Virus record (IMG/VR): IMGVR_UViG_3300014775_002125
Location: 1-64,000 of that record
Reading direction: 5' to 3' (one strand)
Source: a virus
DNA: 64,000 bases
Shown: in pieces, positions 1 through 9,545 of the stretch
How positions within the stretch are numbered: position 1 is the first letter of the stretch
Layout of the letters: the number at the start of each line of letters is the position of its first letter
Notes under the pieces: model-generated
Seen by the model: the letters and a program-made list of their open reading frames with translations, nothing else
The model's database searches: none
What the model was told of the DNA's origin: nothing
Position numbers and translations under genes: made by a program

Positions 1-822
1 TTCACTGGTGGGTTCAAGGATAAAACTACAGACACCTCAACATTAACTTCAGGGGTTTCAGCGAGTGACACAACATTCCCAGTGGCCGACGAGTCAGTTT
101 TTAATGGTGCTGGTGGTTATGCTGTAGTTGGTGATGAGATTATTGAGTACTCTGGAACGGCTATCGGTCAACTCACAGGTGTTACTAGAGGTGAATACGG
201 GACAACCGCTACAAGTCATTCTAGTGGTGCTACTGTTCATGATACTGCCTATGCTTGGGATTCTACCAGCGGCGTTAACTACACGCAGGATATGGTAAGT
301 TCTGGTAGTTGGCTAAAGTTCTCATTGGATCGTAACGTCCACCTAGCAACTGATCGCCCTTATTGGTCTGATCCAACCCCTACAACGCACGTAGACTTCG
401 GGATTTTCGGGGGCCAACACTTACCAAGACAAGCCACAAAACTTTTTGACTTCACAACAACTGACTGGTCCGATGGTCACACTGGTAGTTTATATTTTCA
501 AGATCTTGGGGTAGGTGACTTTTTGAATTTGCGGTTTGACTGTGAGGTTATCCCGCAGACATCTAACACTACCGTTGAATTTGCTCTGGACTTCACGACT
601 AGGAACCCAAGTAACTTAGCACCGACTTTTAACTTTAAACTGACTGCGACCCCTGTTAACCTTGGGAACCTTTCAGTTGGTTCTCCGATTCTTTTCAGGC
701 CGATTATGACTGCCTATTTCGCGAGCAGGGAGGATTTATACGCTCTTGCCTTGCCTGTATTTAAAGCTTCAGCACCAGTCATTGTAAGACCCCTAACTAT
801 GCTTTGTGCAATTAACCGATAA
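1..822 (+). CDS. Virion structural/tail-associated protein, 5'-truncated by the window edge
   Basis: The frame is open from position 1 through the listed 82..822 ORF. It contains GDEIIEYSG..LTGVTRGEYGTTATSHSSGATV, a motif typical of phage tail/baseplate proteins. Confidence 0.6.
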   Translation, partial: FTGGFKDKTTDTSTLTSGVSASDTTFPVADESVFNGAGGYAVVGDEIIEYSGTAIGQLTGVTRGEYGTTATSHSSGATVHDTAYAWDSTSGVNYTQDMVSSGSWLKFSLDRNVHLATDRPYWSDPTPTTHVDFGIFGGQHLPRQATKLFDFTTTDWSDGHTGSLYFQDLGVGDFLNLRFDCEVIPQTSNTTVEFALDFTTRNPSNLAPTFNFKLTATPVNLGNLSVGSPILFRPIMTAYFASREDLYALALPVFKASAPVIVRPLTMLCAINR

Positions 823-860
823 CCTTCTATATTTCCTCACCCTAGTAGCTCCTTTAGGTA

Positions 861-866
861 TATTTA
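861..866 (+). promoter_or_regulatory. Putative phage late-promoter core (TAnTTA)
   Basis: TATTTA lies ~30 bp upstream of ATG 897 (RBS AAGGAG). The same hexamer recurs upstream of other operon starts. Confidence 0.45.
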
Positions 867-896
867 ATACTGAGTTTTCTTCAAAGGAGTTTACAA

Positions 897-3800
897 ATGC
901 CTATTAAAATTGTCCGAAACGAGGCAGGTAACTGTATCGAGTTCCGTGGTTCTAGCAATCCGGTCTATTGGAACTCTTGCCTGTCTGCCCAAATTAACTC
1001 AAATGACTCTAGTACGATTAATGTTGTGAACGATGTTGCGACTGCCAACAGCCCTACAACGAAATATGAGTTCTTCCAAATCCCATTTACCGACTTTGTG
1101 GACGCTGCTGGATTACCTTTCAGTAGTGCTCAGGATACTGTTGATTACATTAATACAAACGGGAACGTCATTGCACAACCTCAAATCTCCTACAAGGGGA
1201 CTTGGGATGCCGATAGTAACACACCGGATCTCACAACTGGTTCTTATTTAGCTGGAGATTTCTATTTTGTTTCTGTCAGTGGTTCTACAAACCTAAACGG
1301 TATCACAGAGTGGGGTGTTAACGATTCTGTAATTTATGCGAGCGGAAGTGTCTGGACTCGCGTAAGGAATACAAATGTACCAGTTCAAGAGATTGAAGCG
1401 TCTTCTCTGGGTCGCTTTGACATTCACGTTAAGTCAGGCTATACTGGCACACAGAGACTGGGGACTGCTCTTTACCCCTTCAACACAATTACAGATGCTG
1501 TTAGTGCTGCTTCAGATGGTGACACGATTCTCCTCGATGGTACTTTCACAATCACTTCAAGTGTTACATTGGATTCTACAAAGTCTGTTAAGTTTGTAGG
1601 CTCTGAAGGTTCTGTCGTTAAATACGCTTCCTATAACTCTTCAAACGGCGGTATCTTCGAGTTTTCCGGTAGTGATTACACGAAATCTGTTAAGTTCGAA
1701 AATTTAAGCTTACAGAATGCAGGCGCTTGGGCTATTTCAGCGAGCAAGGCGAACACTGTTGATGTTGATGGTTGCACATTCTCATACAACGGGTGGTCAG
1801 GCAACCGTCTGGCTTTAAAAGAAGTTCAAACAGATACTTGGGGCAATGGCGGGACACTTGGGTATGATTCCTCGCAGTCCGACTTGGCACTCTTTTATAG
1901 TTCTGAATGTTCTGAGGGTGGTGCTGTACTCATCAAGAACACTGTTGTTGTTGAGATTACCGACTGTACTATTAACTATAACAACAAAGGTATTGAGATT
2001 GTTGATAGTGGGTTTGTGAGCACTACGGATGGCTTTGGATTCCTTGCGAGAAACAAGGTTTACAAAAACGTATCTATCGGCCTAGATTTGGAATCATCTA
2101 CAGGTGATGCCACAGCGGGTTCCAAAAACTTCACAATTTACAATAACTCCTTTAACTGTAATGGTGATACAGGTGTAAAAATTGAGGGAGGTATTGACAA
2201 TACGATTTCTCTTTGTTCTTTCACATGTAACTGGAACAGTGGTTTAGAGCTTGCACACTCTTCTAACGTTAAAGCTCGTGACTTGGACCTAGACGATAAC
2301 AACAGGGCTGGCATTGATGCTGAAGGTGATCAAGCTGATGGTCTATCTTCTCTACAAATTGAAGGAAACACTATCAGACCAGATGCCACTTTCATTGCAG
2401 AGGTTTTTAACGTACAGATCCATAATACAAATGCTGGTTCTAATAGTGTCAAGTGTGGTCTGTTAATCAAATCAGATGTCGGAAGTATCAACTCTACTGC
2501 CGCCATTATTAAGATTGATAACGTAGGATTCATTGAGCAAGATTACGCTCTCGATGTTGAATGTAACCTTGACAACCTAAATCTAATTGTGGGTGACTGT
2601 GAGTTTATCAACAACAGGATTAAGGCAGTTAGACTACAAGGAACTGGAAATTACAAAGAGTTGCCATTCAGTAACTTTACAGTAGATATCCCTTATGTAG
2701 ACTTTACGAAAGATAACGTATCGAAAACTGTCTCCGTCTTGGATGGTCAGAATGGAAATGTTATCAACGTCTACGACATCAATGCTTTGTCAGTTGTTAA
2801 TAATGGTACGAATTTCGACTTGATTCTTAGAGGTTCCAACAAAGTTCAACTAACAGGTCTATCAGAGACTAGGACTTACATTGGTGGTATTTTACAGTCT
2901 GGTACAACTGCAACTGTAGCAAATACTTTACAAGCTTTCTTGACAGAAACAGACCCTTCTGCGCCAGAACCCCTTACTACCCCTGTTGTTGATGATACTG
3001 GAACAAACTCAATTATCTCGTCAAGTTCCGATGTTTTTGACCCCGTAGGAGATGACACTTATGCATCTTCTTTTTCAGGTAGCTCTTTTAGTGAGTCGGT
3101 CATATTCTCTGAACAATCTATCTCAAAGGCTGGTGAGTACTACACTTTTCAAATTAATCAAGAGGGCAGCATCGCAATGGGCTTTCACAAGTCTGGATCT
3201 GCGGGTAATTACTCACGCAATAGTTTGACAGATACTAGCCTAAGCCCATCGAGCTTCGATTATGGGATGTACTATGGAGTGCTCTTCAATGGTAGTTCTG
3301 ATGGACCTCACACACAACACGGCGAACAGGCATCTAACGCAACTAAAAACTCTGGGTGGTACAATTTTTCGACTTCTAGTGCTGGAGTGAATTGGATATC
3401 CGGTAGTAACGTTAAATTAAAGGCAGGTATCGACCAATCTGGCTACGCCTATCTTTCCTACTACAACCCATCTTCTAGTGAGTATGTGAACATTTCTAGG
3501 GTTAATAATGCACTAACCCAAGGTAATAAGCTGCATCTAGTCATTAAACTTGGAGATTCCAATGTCAGAGTCTACGATGTACCAAAAATTCATCTACTAA
3601 CCCAAAATTCGATCACTGGTAGTTTATCTGATAACACAATTAGAATGTTTGGAGACACTTCTGGAACGTTGGCTAGTGGAGTAACAGTTAACACAGCTAG
3701 CAACAATGACGATGGGTTTATCTCGGAGGCTCTTATTACAGGGAGTGGTCAGTTTTTTGAAGTAAATCTAAACGACATTGGTGATCAAGTTTTTGGTATC

Positions 3801-6800
3801 GTCAAGACTGATGAGTTTTCCACAAGCGCGGTTCAGTCTTTTTATAACAGTACTGCCAGTGCTAGCAGGTACTCTAAATTCTTTATTGGAGGACTTGTAG
3901 ATCCTACCTCAGATAGAATTACTGCTCTTGGTTCTGATACCGGATCTGCTGGGAATAACGGTAGTTCTTCAGTAGGTAACGGTAACTTAACTGGAAGCTC
4001 AACCAGATACTACAGAGTTGGTTTTGATAACGACGGGACTCCAGCAGTATGGATTAAGAGTGGTTCTGCTTGGTATAAATCATTTTCAAAGAGCCTAGTA
4101 TCACCAACAGGCAACTATGCATTTATGTGGAAAGGTGAAGGGAATGGGTCGCAAGCCCTAAGTCTATCCACAGGAAGTTGGCAGGCTGTCCCAACATTAA
4201 CTTATTATGCCATCGAATCCCCAGATGGTCAGTGGTACTATCCGCTCTTCCAAACTGAGGCTGAGGCTAACTATTACGATGAGTACATTGCTAGTCCTGC
4301 TGGCACTGGATCGAACCAAGCGTATACGTTTATTGATGACCTTTCTAATGGTACTTGGTATCTTCCTGATAGTGGTAGTTTTGCAGGTGTCTCTACTGTG
4401 CCTTCTGCCTCTGTTCTTTCTGGAAGTACTTGGAACTATATTGCGACAGGTGTAGATTCAAACTATGCCCCAGCAGCTTTCAACCAGACTGTCAGTATCA
4501 ATGAGGGTACCAGTCTAAACCTACAGGTACATCCAGCAGATGCTTCGTTTACTACGACAGTTTCTAGTGCGCCATCATGGATGTCTTATAGCCAACCAAA
4601 TGTCACAGGAACAGGGCCTTATGTAAGTTGGGACAATACAAACTATCCTAGCGAAAGTTACACGGCTACCATCACTAGAACAAACGCTTATGGTTCATCC
4701 AATGGTACCTTGACAGTAAACGTCCTTAATACAACGCCTTCTGCTTCACTTCCGGGAACTATTCATGATGGGACTGTTATTTCTGTGTCGGATTTCAATG
4801 CTGAACAAGGGACTGTTGTCGCTCCGTATGCAGATGGAACAATAGGTACATATCAAAATTTCGTATATGATCTTCCATTTCCTTTAGATGATGGAGACAG
4901 TTATGAATGGTATGAGCATAGTTATTGGATTCTAGGGATTTTATCTAGTAGTGTAGATAAAACATCTGACCTTTGGTCAGGAAGTAATAGCACTCCGAAT
5001 ACAAACTGGGATCTCGTTGCACTCTCTTGGAAGCAATCTGGCAATAACTATGCGGGTCGTCCTAGTTATGTAAGTTTACAATATCGTGGATGGGATGACA
5101 ACAATCCATCATTACTTCCATCTCAGTCTCTGAGTAATCAGTCTGATGTCTGGAAGTTATACAACAATGCTGGAAGGATCGAACTTAGTCTTAATGGCAC
5201 ACTTTTCAGGAGTTCAAGTGCTCTTTATGGAACTGGTAGCAACGCACCAACGATTACATTTGCAAAGCCAGATTCCTATTCTTTAATAACCCAGTTGCCA
5301 ACATTTACACATACTGCCAACGGTGCTCCGGCTCCTACAGGTTTCACTCTAGTAACTGGCAGCATGGACACAAGTGAAATTTTGAATGATGGTGGTGTTG
5401 TGAGTGCAGATAACTTCTCGCTTTCACCGGGACAAAGACTCATTATTCCTACATCTTGGGTGGATACAAATGTTCTACCATATCTGCACACTACTGGAAG
5501 TGGTCACCAGACGTTCATTGGTGTTCCAAAAGTGGGTAGAGACTGGTCTAGTGTGGATCTAGGAGATTTTGAAGGCGCTCATAGGTGGGAGGACCCAGCT
5601 AGCGGAAACGGAACTAAAAACACACTCAGAATCGATACTTTAGGGGACGATCATAACACTGTTAACAGTACTACAGCCGCTTACTTCTCTTATGCGATTG
5701 ACTACAGCAGAGAAGGTAATCTATCATCTATACGACAAGCGCCAACAGGGAACTCACTGACTACTGAACCTGTTATTGGAGGGACTTTCTCTTCTATTCT
5801 AACAAGAACGGCAGCGACTGGAAGTTGGGCTGGTGCAGGGTATGGAACTGGGTCTATCCCTATCTACATTGGGAGTGACTATGGATCAAGAGTACGACTA
5901 GGGACTTCTGGACTCTCAAGGATCGCAAGCCCTCTGGCGGCAAACCACTTTAATGTGACAGAGGATACATTTAGCTTGCCATTATTCGAAGAGCGCGGTG
6001 TTTCATCGCTACAAGCTGCCTCAGATTTGACTTTGAACGCTGGTCAGACTTATAAGTTCTGGACAATGGATTCTAGTATCGAATCTACGGATGCTCTTTA
6101 CTTTGCCTTAGCTAGTAACACAGGTAGCGTTTACAGTACTGGTGTTACGACGGCGGGAACTCCGGGGTCTTTCGGATCTTATGTAGAGTTTGCAGTGCCA
6201 ACTGATGTGCCTCCTCTAAAGATCATGTGGACTTCTGGTGGGACAAATTACGCGGCGGGAACTCCCAGTATTGCCGGATCTACTTATACTACTGGAATTA
6301 CGAGTGCTTCTCATATTTCTGCAACCCCTGCTCTAAGTGGTTCTGATCTTGCCGATGGTTCCTTTATTGAGTTGGACCCTGAGAAACTTGACACTGGTAA
6401 GCGTATTGTTTTTGATGGAAACTTTATTAAGGATGCAATTATGCCCAGTATCACAGCAACAAGTGATAAAGTTTGGATCGGTTTGCCAAACACTACTTGG
6501 TCTAACACGACAAAGCACCAACAAGCTAGTTATTACACAGGTGTATTTTTTGAATATGTTAGTTCTACACAAGGTACAATCTATGTATGGGCAACTGAGG
6601 GTAGCAATGTTAGTTCTGTTAGTTACACTTATAACAATTCAGACATTAACACCAACCCTAGTGATTATGGATTCTCCTTTGAATTAAACAACAACGGTAC
6701 TAACTCCAGAGTCATCTTAAAGAATGGGTCTTCAATTAATAGTTTGACTACCACTGCCTATGTTGATCACAACTCGTCTTACAAAAAACAAAATACAGAC

Positions 6801-7880
6801 GCTGGTGGAACTTTTACAGCAATTTCAAGTTCTTCTGTTTACATTGGTACCCAGAATACTACAATGTCTGATCCGGGACAACATATTGTTGATCATGTTT
6901 CAGAGATTAATATTCCAGCAGCAGTGACTATTGTGACTGATTGGAATAAAGCTCTTGACTTTTCTGGTGGCAGTGAACATGCCGCTCAAGTAAATCCGGG
7001 AAACATTGCTCATCCCCTTAGAATGTCAAGTCTTGGTGTTACTGTTGCTGGGCCATCAAGCAGTGGTTATACATCAAACGACTCTAACAGTAGACCTTGG
7101 GCGACAGCAATTGTATTCAAGATTGATGGCAACGCTTCAAACCAGCATATCTGGAACCAAGGAGAAGGTGCTGGGTCTACTGATGACAATATTTATCTAC
7201 GAGTTGACAGTAGCAGAAACCTTTACTTTGCTTGGGGTAGAAGTGGAGCTATAAACGAGGTCAAGTTTGCCACATCACTCTCTACAAGTGTATGGTATGG
7301 TGTCTACATTGGTTGTAATGGTACCCGTTATAGCGGTGCTAATGCTACTGCCGCTAACCTTATGGGTGTGTTTGATATAAAAATGATGGATTCATCTAAT
7401 AGCTTTAACAATGTCGTCACTCCATCAGGATATGTACAAGCTAACTGGTCATCTACGGGCGGTCGTATGGACAGGTCTGTGCTGGGTGATTTTACAGTCG
7501 GAGGACGTGGGGGCAATAGAAACTTCCACGGCAAGGTTGCTTCCATGGTAGTAACGACACTAAGGCGTAACGTATTGATGCCAACTAACTCCGAGATTTC
7601 CCTTATGATTACTGACCCTGAGAAATGGCTTACCGATTATAAGGTAGGTAATAATTATAGACAGCCAGCTTTTGGTACTGATGCCTCTAATTTTGCTATG
7701 AATGATCAAAATTCAGCAAACTCAACACAGGTATGGTTAATGGGAGATGGTACAAACGATTCTTATTCTAATATGATTCGAAACCAAGTTTTGTCAACGG
7801 ATCAGAACAACACAAAATTGAACCTGAACAACATGCAATCAAATGACATTGAAACCGTAACCATTCCAACTCTCACCTAA
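897..7880 (+). CDS. Giant tail fibre/receptor-binding protein (right-handed beta-helix, beta-sandwich repeats, C-terminal LamG-like domain)
   Basis: 2327 aa, S/T/G/N-rich. YKGTWDADSNTPDL..GDFYFVS tail-fibre motif; GTALYPFNTITDAVSAASDGDTILL beta-helix cap followed by Asn-ladder repeats; C-terminal KALDFSGG..WATAIVFK..FTVGGRG..FHGKVA LamG-like pattern. Confidence 0.7.
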   Translation: MPIKIVRNEAGNCIEFRGSSNPVYWNSCLSAQINSNDSSTINVVNDVATANSPTTKYEFFQIPFTDFVDAAGLPFSSAQDTVDYINTNGNVIAQPQISYKGTWDADSNTPDLTTGSYLAGDFYFVSVSGSTNLNGITEWGVNDSVIYASGSVWTRVRNTNVPVQEIEASSLGRFDIHVKSGYTGTQRLGTALYPFNTITDAVSAASDGDTILLDGTFTITSSVTLDSTKSVKFVGSEGSVVKYASYNSSNGGIFEFSGSDYTKSVKFENLSLQNAGAWAISASKANTVDVDGCTFSYNGWSGNRLALKEVQTDTWGNGGTLGYDSSQSDLALFYSSECSEGGAVLIKNTVVVEITDCTINYNNKGIEIVDSGFVSTTDGFGFLARNKVYKNVSIGLDLESSTGDATAGSKNFTIYNNSFNCNGDTGVKIEGGIDNTISLCSFTCNWNSGLELAHSSNVKARDLDLDDNNRAGIDAEGDQADGLSSLQIEGNTIRPDATFIAEVFNVQIHNTNAGSNSVKCGLLIKSDVGSINSTAAIIKIDNVGFIEQDYALDVECNLDNLNLIVGDCEFINNRIKAVRLQGTGNYKELPFSNFTVDIPYVDFTKDNVSKTVSVLDGQNGNVINVYDINALSVVNNGTNFDLILRGSNKVQLTGLSETRTYIGGILQSGTTATVANTLQAFLTETDPSAPEPLTTPVVDDTGTNSIISSSSDVFDPVGDDTYASSFSGSSFSESVIFSEQSISKAGEYYTFQINQEGSIAMGFHKSGSAGNYSRNSLTDTSLSPSSFDYGMYYGVLFNGSSDGPHTQHGEQASNATKNSGWYNFSTSSAGVNWISGSNVKLKAGIDQSGYAYLSYYNPSSSEYVNISRVNNALTQGNKLHLVIKLGDSNVRVYDVPKIHLLTQNSITGSLSDNTIRMFGDTSGTLASGVTVNTASNNDDGFISEALITGSGQFFEVNLNDIGDQVFGIVKTDEFSTSAVQSFYNSTASASRYSKFFIGGLVDPTSDRITALGSDTGSAGNNGSSSVGNGNLTGSSTRYYRVGFDNDGTPAVWIKSGSAWYKSFSKSLVSPTGNYAFMWKGEGNGSQALSLSTGSWQAVPTLTYYAIESPDGQWYYPLFQTEAEANYYDEYIASPAGTGSNQAYTFIDDLSNGTWYLPDSGSFAGVSTVPSASVLSGSTWNYIATGVDSNYAPAAFNQTVSINEGTSLNLQVHPADASFTTTVSSAPSWMSYSQPNVTGTGPYVSWDNTNYPSESYTATITRTNAYGSSNGTLTVNVLNTTPSASLPGTIHDGTVISVSDFNAEQGTVVAPYADGTIGTYQNFVYDLPFPLDDGDSYEWYEHSYWILGILSSSVDKTSDLWSGSNSTPNTNWDLVALSWKQSGNNYAGRPSYVSLQYRGWDDNNPSLLPSQSLSNQSDVWKLYNNAGRIELSLNGTLFRSSSALYGTGSNAPTITFAKPDSYSLITQLPTFTHTANGAPAPTGFTLVTGSMDTSEILNDGGVVSADNFSLSPGQRLIIPTSWVDTNVLPYLHTTGSGHQTFIGVPKVGRDWSSVDLGDFEGAHRWEDPASGNGTKNTLRIDTLGDDHNTVNSTTAAYFSYAIDYSREGNLSSIRQAPTGNSLTTEPVIGGTFSSILTRTAATGSWAGAGYGTGSIPIYIGSDYGSRVRLGTSGLSRIASPLAANHFNVTEDTFSLPLFEERGVSSLQAASDLTLNAGQTYKFWTMDSSIESTDALYFALASNTGSVYSTGVTTAGTPGSFGSYVEFAVPTDVPPLKIMWTSGGTNYAAGTPSIAGSTYTTGITSASHISATPALSGSDLADGSFIELDPEKLDTGKRIVFDGNFIKDAIMPSITATSDKVWIGLPNTTWSNTTKHQQASYYTGVFFEYVSSTQGTIYVWATEGSNVSSVSYTYNNSDINTNPSDYGFSFELNNNGTNSRVILKNGSSINSLTTTAYVDHNSSYKKQNTDAGGTFTAISSSSVYIGTQNTTMSDPGQHIVDHVSEINIPAAVTIVTDWNKALDFSGGSEHAAQVNPGNIAHPLRMSSLGVTVAGPSSSGYTSNDSNSRPWATAIVFKIDGNASNQHIWNQGEGAGSTDDNIYLRVDSSRNLYFAWGRSGAINEVKFATSLSTSVWYGVYIGCNGTRYSGANATAANLMGVFDIKMMDSSNSFNNVVTPSGYVQANWSSTGGRMDRSVLGDFTVGGRGGNRNFHGKVASMVVTTLRRNVLMPTNSEISLMITDPEKWLTDYKVGNNYRQPAFGTDASNFAMNDQNSANSTQVWLMGDGTNDSYSNMIRNQVLSTDQNNTKLNLNNMQSNDIETVTIPTLT

Positions 7881-7979
7881 CCACTCCAAGATCCTTCCAG
7901 TATTCTCCCAAAAACTATCCGTAAATTATTAGATTCGCTCATAATTAGATTGTATTTTTATTATGAGGAGTCTGATAAG

Positions 7980-8504
7980 ATGTCTTTCGGATGGGCTTTT
8001 TTAACAAGCGAACTAAGTGGTAACAATGGAGATATTATCAAGAAAACTGGAGATTTTAGTTTCTCTGGTGTCTCTTCTCTTAATCACGATGCAGAAGAAG
8101 GTAAGTTTACTTTTTCAGAGAACGTAATTATTACGCAGAGTAATTTCAAGGTTGTATCAGGCCAAGCAACGTCTCAAATGTACGGAGTTAGTACAGAGGC
8201 TGATGGTAATTTGTCTTTGAATTTAAATAATGGAAACAATCAAATTATTTTCCTTGGGCATAATATTACCATGTCAAACCCATCAAACGCTGAAGATGGG
8301 GGAGTATACAACTTCTACTTACTACAAGATACTACAGGTAGTCGTGGAGTAGCTTACGATAGTAACTTCTTTTTTCCCGGAGGTGTGGCTCCAACGAATA
8401 CGACGGCAGCAGAGGCTATTGATATTGTCTCTTGTGTCTATGTAGCTGACGTTGGTGGTGGTAAGTTTCTCTGCAATACTGTCCAAGACTTCCAGTCAAC
8501 TTAA
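7980..8504 (+). CDS. Tail-fibre adaptor-like structural protein
   Basis: ATG 7980 follows GAGGAG. C-terminal GGVYNFYLLQDTTGSR..FPGGVAPTNTTAAEAIDIVSCVY resembles fibre-attachment domains of aquatic phages. Confidence 0.55.
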   Translation: MSFGWAFLTSELSGNNGDIIKKTGDFSFSGVSSLNHDAEEGKFTFSENVIITQSNFKVVSGQATSQMYGVSTEADGNLSLNLNNGNNQIIFLGHNITMSNPSNAEDGGVYNFYLLQDTTGSRGVAYDSNFFFPGGVAPTNTTAAEAIDIVSCVYVADVGGGKFLCNTVQDFQST

Positions 8505-8513
8505 GGGATTCAT

Positions 8514-9311
8514 ATGTTTAACTTGCCTGTGGCCATATTTGCTGGTGGTGGTGGTAGTTATATCCAACCAGTTGTTTATTATAAATTTGAAAGTCAGGAC
8601 GGTGAGGACACTTCAAATGCTGCCAATTCTCTTAATCTTACCCTGAACGGATCTCCGTCTTTTACTGGTTCTGTTCCCACAGGGGGTGGTTCTTATTCTC
8701 TTGTTATTGATGGTGTTAATGACTACGGTTCTACCTCTGACAATGCCACAATTGGTTCTGCTGTAGGTGGGGGTTATTCAGTTTCAGCTTGGATAAACCT
8801 CCCTCCAACTCAGTTTGGTAATACATCTGTGCCATTCTGGAATATATACGACAGTGGCAATGGGAACGCTAACTACAAAAACGTTGCATACGGTAGCTTA
8901 TATGGTCACAACAACGCTACATATGGCTGGGGAGTGACAGGCGTTCATAATGGGACTGGCGGAAGTACTGGGATTGGTGTTGCTTATGCCGGGATTGATT
9001 TTTCATATGGTGCTGGATGGGATGCTACAACATCTTGGTTTCACGTTGTCTGGACATATGACCCAACAACAAACACTCACAGTCAATATGGAAATGGAAG
9101 TCTGCTTCGTTCAGGGAATACTGCGTCTGGTGACCCTTTAATACCAACCAGTGCTAAGTTTGAAGTGGCCAGAAATATCACTTCAACAGCGAACCAAGAC
9201 TTCTTTGTTGATGAATTAGCGTTGTGGGATAGAGTTTTAAATCTTTCACAGGTACAGACTCTCTATAATTCTGGTGAGGTCATCGATAACAACTCAGCGT
9301 TAGAGGAATAA
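8514..9311 (+). CDS. LamG/concanavalin A-like lectin-domain protein
   Basis: YYKFE..IDGVNDYG..YSVSAWI..WFHVVWTYD..YGNG..VDELALWDRVLNLSQVQTLYN is the canonical Laminin_G_3 pattern. Confidence 0.8.
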   Translation: MFNLPVAIFAGGGGSYIQPVVYYKFESQDGEDTSNAANSLNLTLNGSPSFTGSVPTGGGSYSLVIDGVNDYGSTSDNATIGSAVGGGYSVSAWINLPPTQFGNTSVPFWNIYDSGNGNANYKNVAYGSLYGHNNATYGWGVTGVHNGTGGSTGIGVAYAGIDFSYGAGWDATTSWFHVVWTYDPTTNTHSQYGNGSLLRSGNTASGDPLIPTSAKFEVARNITSTANQDFFVDELALWDRVLNLSQVQTLYNSGEVIDNNSALEE

Positions 9312-9313
9312 CA

Positions 9314-9532
9314 ATGTCTAAATACGCAATCATAAGTGCTTCAAGTCTTGGTCAATACGATTTTTCTTATCTAGGGAATATCAGAAAGAGTTTAGATGGA
9401 ACTCTCGCGGTCGTGGAGTGGGATGGGCCAGATCCTGTTTGGGTATCTGAATTGTCTGCCTCTGCTTTGACACAAGATCAAACTCAAAATATAATGAGGA
9501 CTTCAGTGTGGTCCTTAACATCCAGTAGTTAA
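9314..9532 (+). CDS. Small phage protein (possible tail-fibre accessory)
   Basis: 72 aa with GAGG RBS; RKSLDGTLAVVEW motif; sits between fibre genes. Confidence 0.5.
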   Translation: MSKYAIISASSLGQYDFSYLGNIRKSLDGTLAVVEWDGPDPVWVSELSASALTQDQTQNIMRTSVWSLTSSS

Positions 9533-9545
9533 AAGGAATATTCAA

